The translations under genes and the position numbers were made by a program. Below, piece after piece: positions 46,264 through 48,201 of a DNA stretch of 48,201 bases. The notes under the pieces were generated by a model that was given only the letters and a program-made list of their open reading frames with translations, had not been told where the DNA came from and did no database searches. This stretch comes from an uncultured Oscillospiraceae bacterium (GTDB lineage: Bacteria; Bacillota; Clostridia; Oscillospirales; Oscillospiraceae): positions 1-48,201 of the forward strand of contig CALWYN010000005.1 of the NCBI GenBank assembly GCA_944385755.1, in the 5' to 3' direction. Each line of letters begins with the position of its first letter. Position 1 is the stretch's first letter.

Positions 46264-47545
46264 TTTCCCAGAATGGTACGACGGCAAGCACGTCAACGAG
46301 GTCAAGTTTTGCGAGGAATTTCTAAAATCTCACCCGATGAAAAGCGTCAACGGCACGTTCTTCACGGTCGAGGGCCGCGTGACGGACGAGGACAAATTGA
46401 GACGCGAGATTTATGAATTGCTCAAACCGTACTTCTCCACAGCCCTTGGCAAGCGTGTAAACAACCTGCTCGAAGCCCTGCGGCTTGAAGCCTACGCGCC
46501 CGACCTGCCGATTCAGCGTGACCGTATCCATGTCGCAAACGGCACGCTGGTCCTCGACGGGACGTTCACGTCTGAGCGCGAGTTCTGCCGGAACCGTCTC
46601 CCGGTGGCATACAATCCAGACGCGCCTACACCCGCAACTTGGCTGCGCTTCCTCAGTGAGCTGCTCTACCCGGAGGACATCCCGACGCTGCAGGAGTTCA
46701 TGGGTTACTGCTTCTTACCGACGACGAAAGGACAAAAGATGCTAATGCTGATCGGGCGCGGCGGCGAGGGCAAGAGCCGGATCGGCGTCGTGCTCCGGGC
46801 GCTATTGGGCTCGAATATGGCGACGGGCAGCATCGCGAAGATTGAAAGCTCCCGCTTTGCCCGCGCGGATTTGGAGCACGAGCTGGTGATGCTCGACGAC
46901 GACATGAAGCTCGAAGCTCTGCCGCAGACGAATCACATCAAAGCCATCGTGACCGCCGAGCTGCCGATGGATTTGGAACGCAAAGGCCAGCAGAGCTATC
47001 AGGGCGACCTGTACGTCCGCTTTCTCGGCTTCGGCAACGGTTCGCTGAAAGCGCTCTACGACCGCAGCGAGGGATTTTTCCGACGGCAGATTATTCTGAC
47101 CACGAAACCCAAAGACGCCAATCGCGTGGACGACCCGTTCATCGCAGAAAAGATGTGCGACGAGGCCGAGGGAATTTTCCTCTGGTGCCTCGAAGGGCTG
47201 CGGCGGCTGATTGCGAACGACTACCGCTTCACGCTCAGCGAGCGTGCCCGTGAAAACATGGCCGAAGCGGTAAGCGACGGCAACAACGCCGTGGACTTCA
47301 TGCGCAGCGAGGGCTACATACGCCTCAAAGCCGACGCCGAGGCCAGCAGCCGGGACGTGTACGCCGTGTACAAGCTCTGGTGTGAGGACAACGCGCTCAA
47401 CCCGCTGTCTCAGCGCAGTCTGTGCCTACACCTCGCCGAAAACCAAGATACCTATGGCATCGAGCAGACGAACAAAATCTACTTGCCCGGCGGTCGGCGC
47501 GTGCGCGGTTTTATCGGCATCGAGCTGTTGCAGAGGGCGGGATAA
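46256..47545 (+). CDS. P4/D5-family primase-associated NTPase/helicase (phage/plasmid primase C-terminal domain)
   Basis: Walker A LIGRGGEGKSRIG, Walker B LVMLDDD, and the D5_N-like region upstream. GTG start overlaps the CHC2 gene's stop. Confidence 0.85.
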   Translation: MTNFPEWYDGKHVNEVKFCEEFLKSHPMKSVNGTFFTVEGRVTDEDKLRREIYELLKPYFSTALGKRVNNLLEALRLEAYAPDLPIQRDRIHVANGTLVLDGTFTSEREFCRNRLPVAYNPDAPTPATWLRFLSELLYPEDIPTLQEFMGYCFLPTTKGQKMLMLIGRGGEGKSRIGVVLRALLGSNMATGSIAKIESSRFARADLEHELVMLDDDMKLEALPQTNHIKAIVTAELPMDLERKGQQSYQGDLYVRFLGFGNGSLKALYDRSEGFFRRQIILTTKPKDANRVDDPFIAEKMCDEAEGIFLWCLEGLRRLIANDYRFTLSERARENMAEAVSDGNNAVDFMRSEGYIRLKADAEASSRDVYAVYKLWCEDNALNPLSQRSLCLHLAENQDTYGIEQTNKIYLPGGRRVRGFIGIELLQRAG

Positions 47546-47554
47546 AAAATTGAA

Positions 47555-47612
47555 TTTGAATTCAAAACATCCGTACATACGTACAAGCGTACGGATGTAC
47601 GCATGTACGGAT
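47555..47612 (+). other. candidate oriT: 12-bp palindrome plus a 17-bp imperfect inverted repeat
   Basis: TTTGAATTCAAA at 47555-47566. ATCCGTACATACGTACA (47569-47585) pairs with TGTACGCATGTACGGAT (47596-47612) with one mismatch. GTACGGAT is repeated at 47589-47596 and 47605-47612. The site lies directly upstream of the DUF3847-relaxase operon. Confidence 0.5.
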
Positions 47613-47649
47613 AATTTTAATCGGCAGCGAAAAATTTAAGGAGGTAGAT

Positions 47650-47937
47650 ATTATCAGCAAAAACCCAACCAGAGCCGAGCTCGTACAGGAACAGGGATCG
47701 GTCGAGAAAGCATTGCGCCAAACCAAGCACCGCTACCAACGTATCGAGCAGCAGATTAAGTATCTCCAAGACGGAGAGCGAAAGAAGCGGACGCGCCGGC
47801 TCATTATTAAGGGCGCGGTGGTGGAGCACATTGCACCAGCCGTAAAAGACATGGGTGAGCGCGAATTATACGAGCTGGCGCAGAGAATCTTCGACCTGCC
47901 CGAAGTCAAGGCCCTATTGCCCAAGGGCGGTGGCTAA
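47650..47937 (+). CDS. DUF3847-like coiled-coil mobilisation accessory protein
   Basis: KKRTRRLIIKGAVVEHI core typical of DUF3847 proteins that precede MobA/MobL relaxases. A strong AAGGAGG (47638-47644) points to a start at ATT 47650 or ATC 47653 rather than the track's TTG 47713. Confidence 0.7.
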   Translation: MISKNPTRAELVQEQGSVEKALRQTKHRYQRIEQQIKYLQDGERKKRTRRLIIKGAVVEHIAPAVKDMGERELYELAQRIFDLPEVKALLPKGGG

Positions 47938-48201
47938 TTGGCGCTGTATCACTTCCATGTCGGGCAGGTAAAACGAAGTGCCGGGCGGTCGGCGGTGGAG
48001 TGCGCCGCCTATCGTGCTGGCGAGAAGCTGTACAGCGAGTATTACGGGCTGGTCAGCGACTACACGCGCAAGGGCGGCGTGATGTACACGGAGATTCTTC
48101 TCCCGCCCCAAGCGCCGTGCGAATATGCCGACCGCCAGACACTGTGGAACGCAGTTGAGGACGCCGAGCGCAACAAGAATGCGCAGCTGGCATACAGCTT
48201 C
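47938..48201 (+). CDS. MobA/MobL (MOBQ-type) relaxase, N-terminal fragment truncated by the window edge
   Basis: My translation from TTG 47938 is MALYHFHVGQVKRSAGRSAVECAAYRAGEKLYSEYYGLVSDYTRKGGVMYTEILLPPQAPCEYADRQTLWNAVEDAERNKNAQLAYSF. It matches the conserved MobA/MobL N-terminus (catalytic-Tyr-containing YHF, GRSAVAAAAYR, R..LWN.VE..E). It is absent from the ORF track because there is no stop in the window. Confidence 0.85.
   Translation, partial: MALYHFHVGQVKRSAGRSAVECAAYRAGEKLYSEYYGLVSDYTRKGGVMYTEILLPPQAPCEYADRQTLWNAVEDAERNKNAQLAYSF

Larger units (their letters stand above)
33500..48201. mobile_element. integrated mobilisable/conjugative element (partial; continues past the right edge)
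   Basis: The mobility module at 43.5-48.2 kb contains a sigma-like gene, a split primase, an IR-rich oriT candidate, DUF3847 and a MobA/MobL relaxase. It is preceded by efflux/TCS cargo and by a compositionally foreign rlmD 3' end. The left boundary is an inference. No integrase lies inside the window. Confidence 0.6.

Noticed and set aside
1-48201. Searched by eye for CRISPR arrays, tRNA/rRNA genes, transposase/IS ends and known defence genes (restriction-modification, Abi, CBASS, retron RT, toxin-antitoxin).
   Set aside because: No regularly spaced direct repeats, no tRNA-like T-arm/acceptor patterns, and no ORF with the corresponding motifs was seen. Absence is by visual inspection only.

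Overview
The window looks like a high-GC, spore-forming Bacillota (Clostridia; Oscillospiraceae-like) chromosome, judged from sigH, a spoIIM-like gene and a cwlD-like amidase. From 1 to about 33.5 kb it is densely packed core genome: mntR-like repressor, tgt-yajC, spoIIM-like/xerD, ppx-ppk1, padR/DUF1129, rubrerythrin, PPi-phosphofructokinase and class II aldolase, a P-type-ATPase-like gene, a DUF4358/MBOAT/DHHW cluster, a Xer-like recombinase, amidase-radA, aspartate aminotransferase, nif3-trmK, sigH, ruvCAB, capA and rlmD. From about 33.5 kb to the right edge the content turns accessory. rlmD gains a low-GC, roughly 100-aa extra C-terminus. This is followed by two ABC export systems, a two-component system, a sigma-like gene pair, a split primase, an inverted-repeat oriT candidate, DUF3847 and a truncated MobA/MobL relaxase. 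I read this as an integrated mobilisable or conjugative element inserted at the 3' end of rlmD and cut off by the window edge. The most unusual items are a P1B-ATPase homologue whose catalytic motifs are all degenerate (13310-15250), the chimeric rlmD junction, the element's sigma-like/Cys-His-cluster gene pair, mirrored response-regulator boxes in the pump/TCS divergent promoter, and a four-gene surface O-acylation cassette. I saw no CRISPR array, tRNA, rRNA or recognisable defence system. All family names come from motifs recognised by eye; no database search was run.
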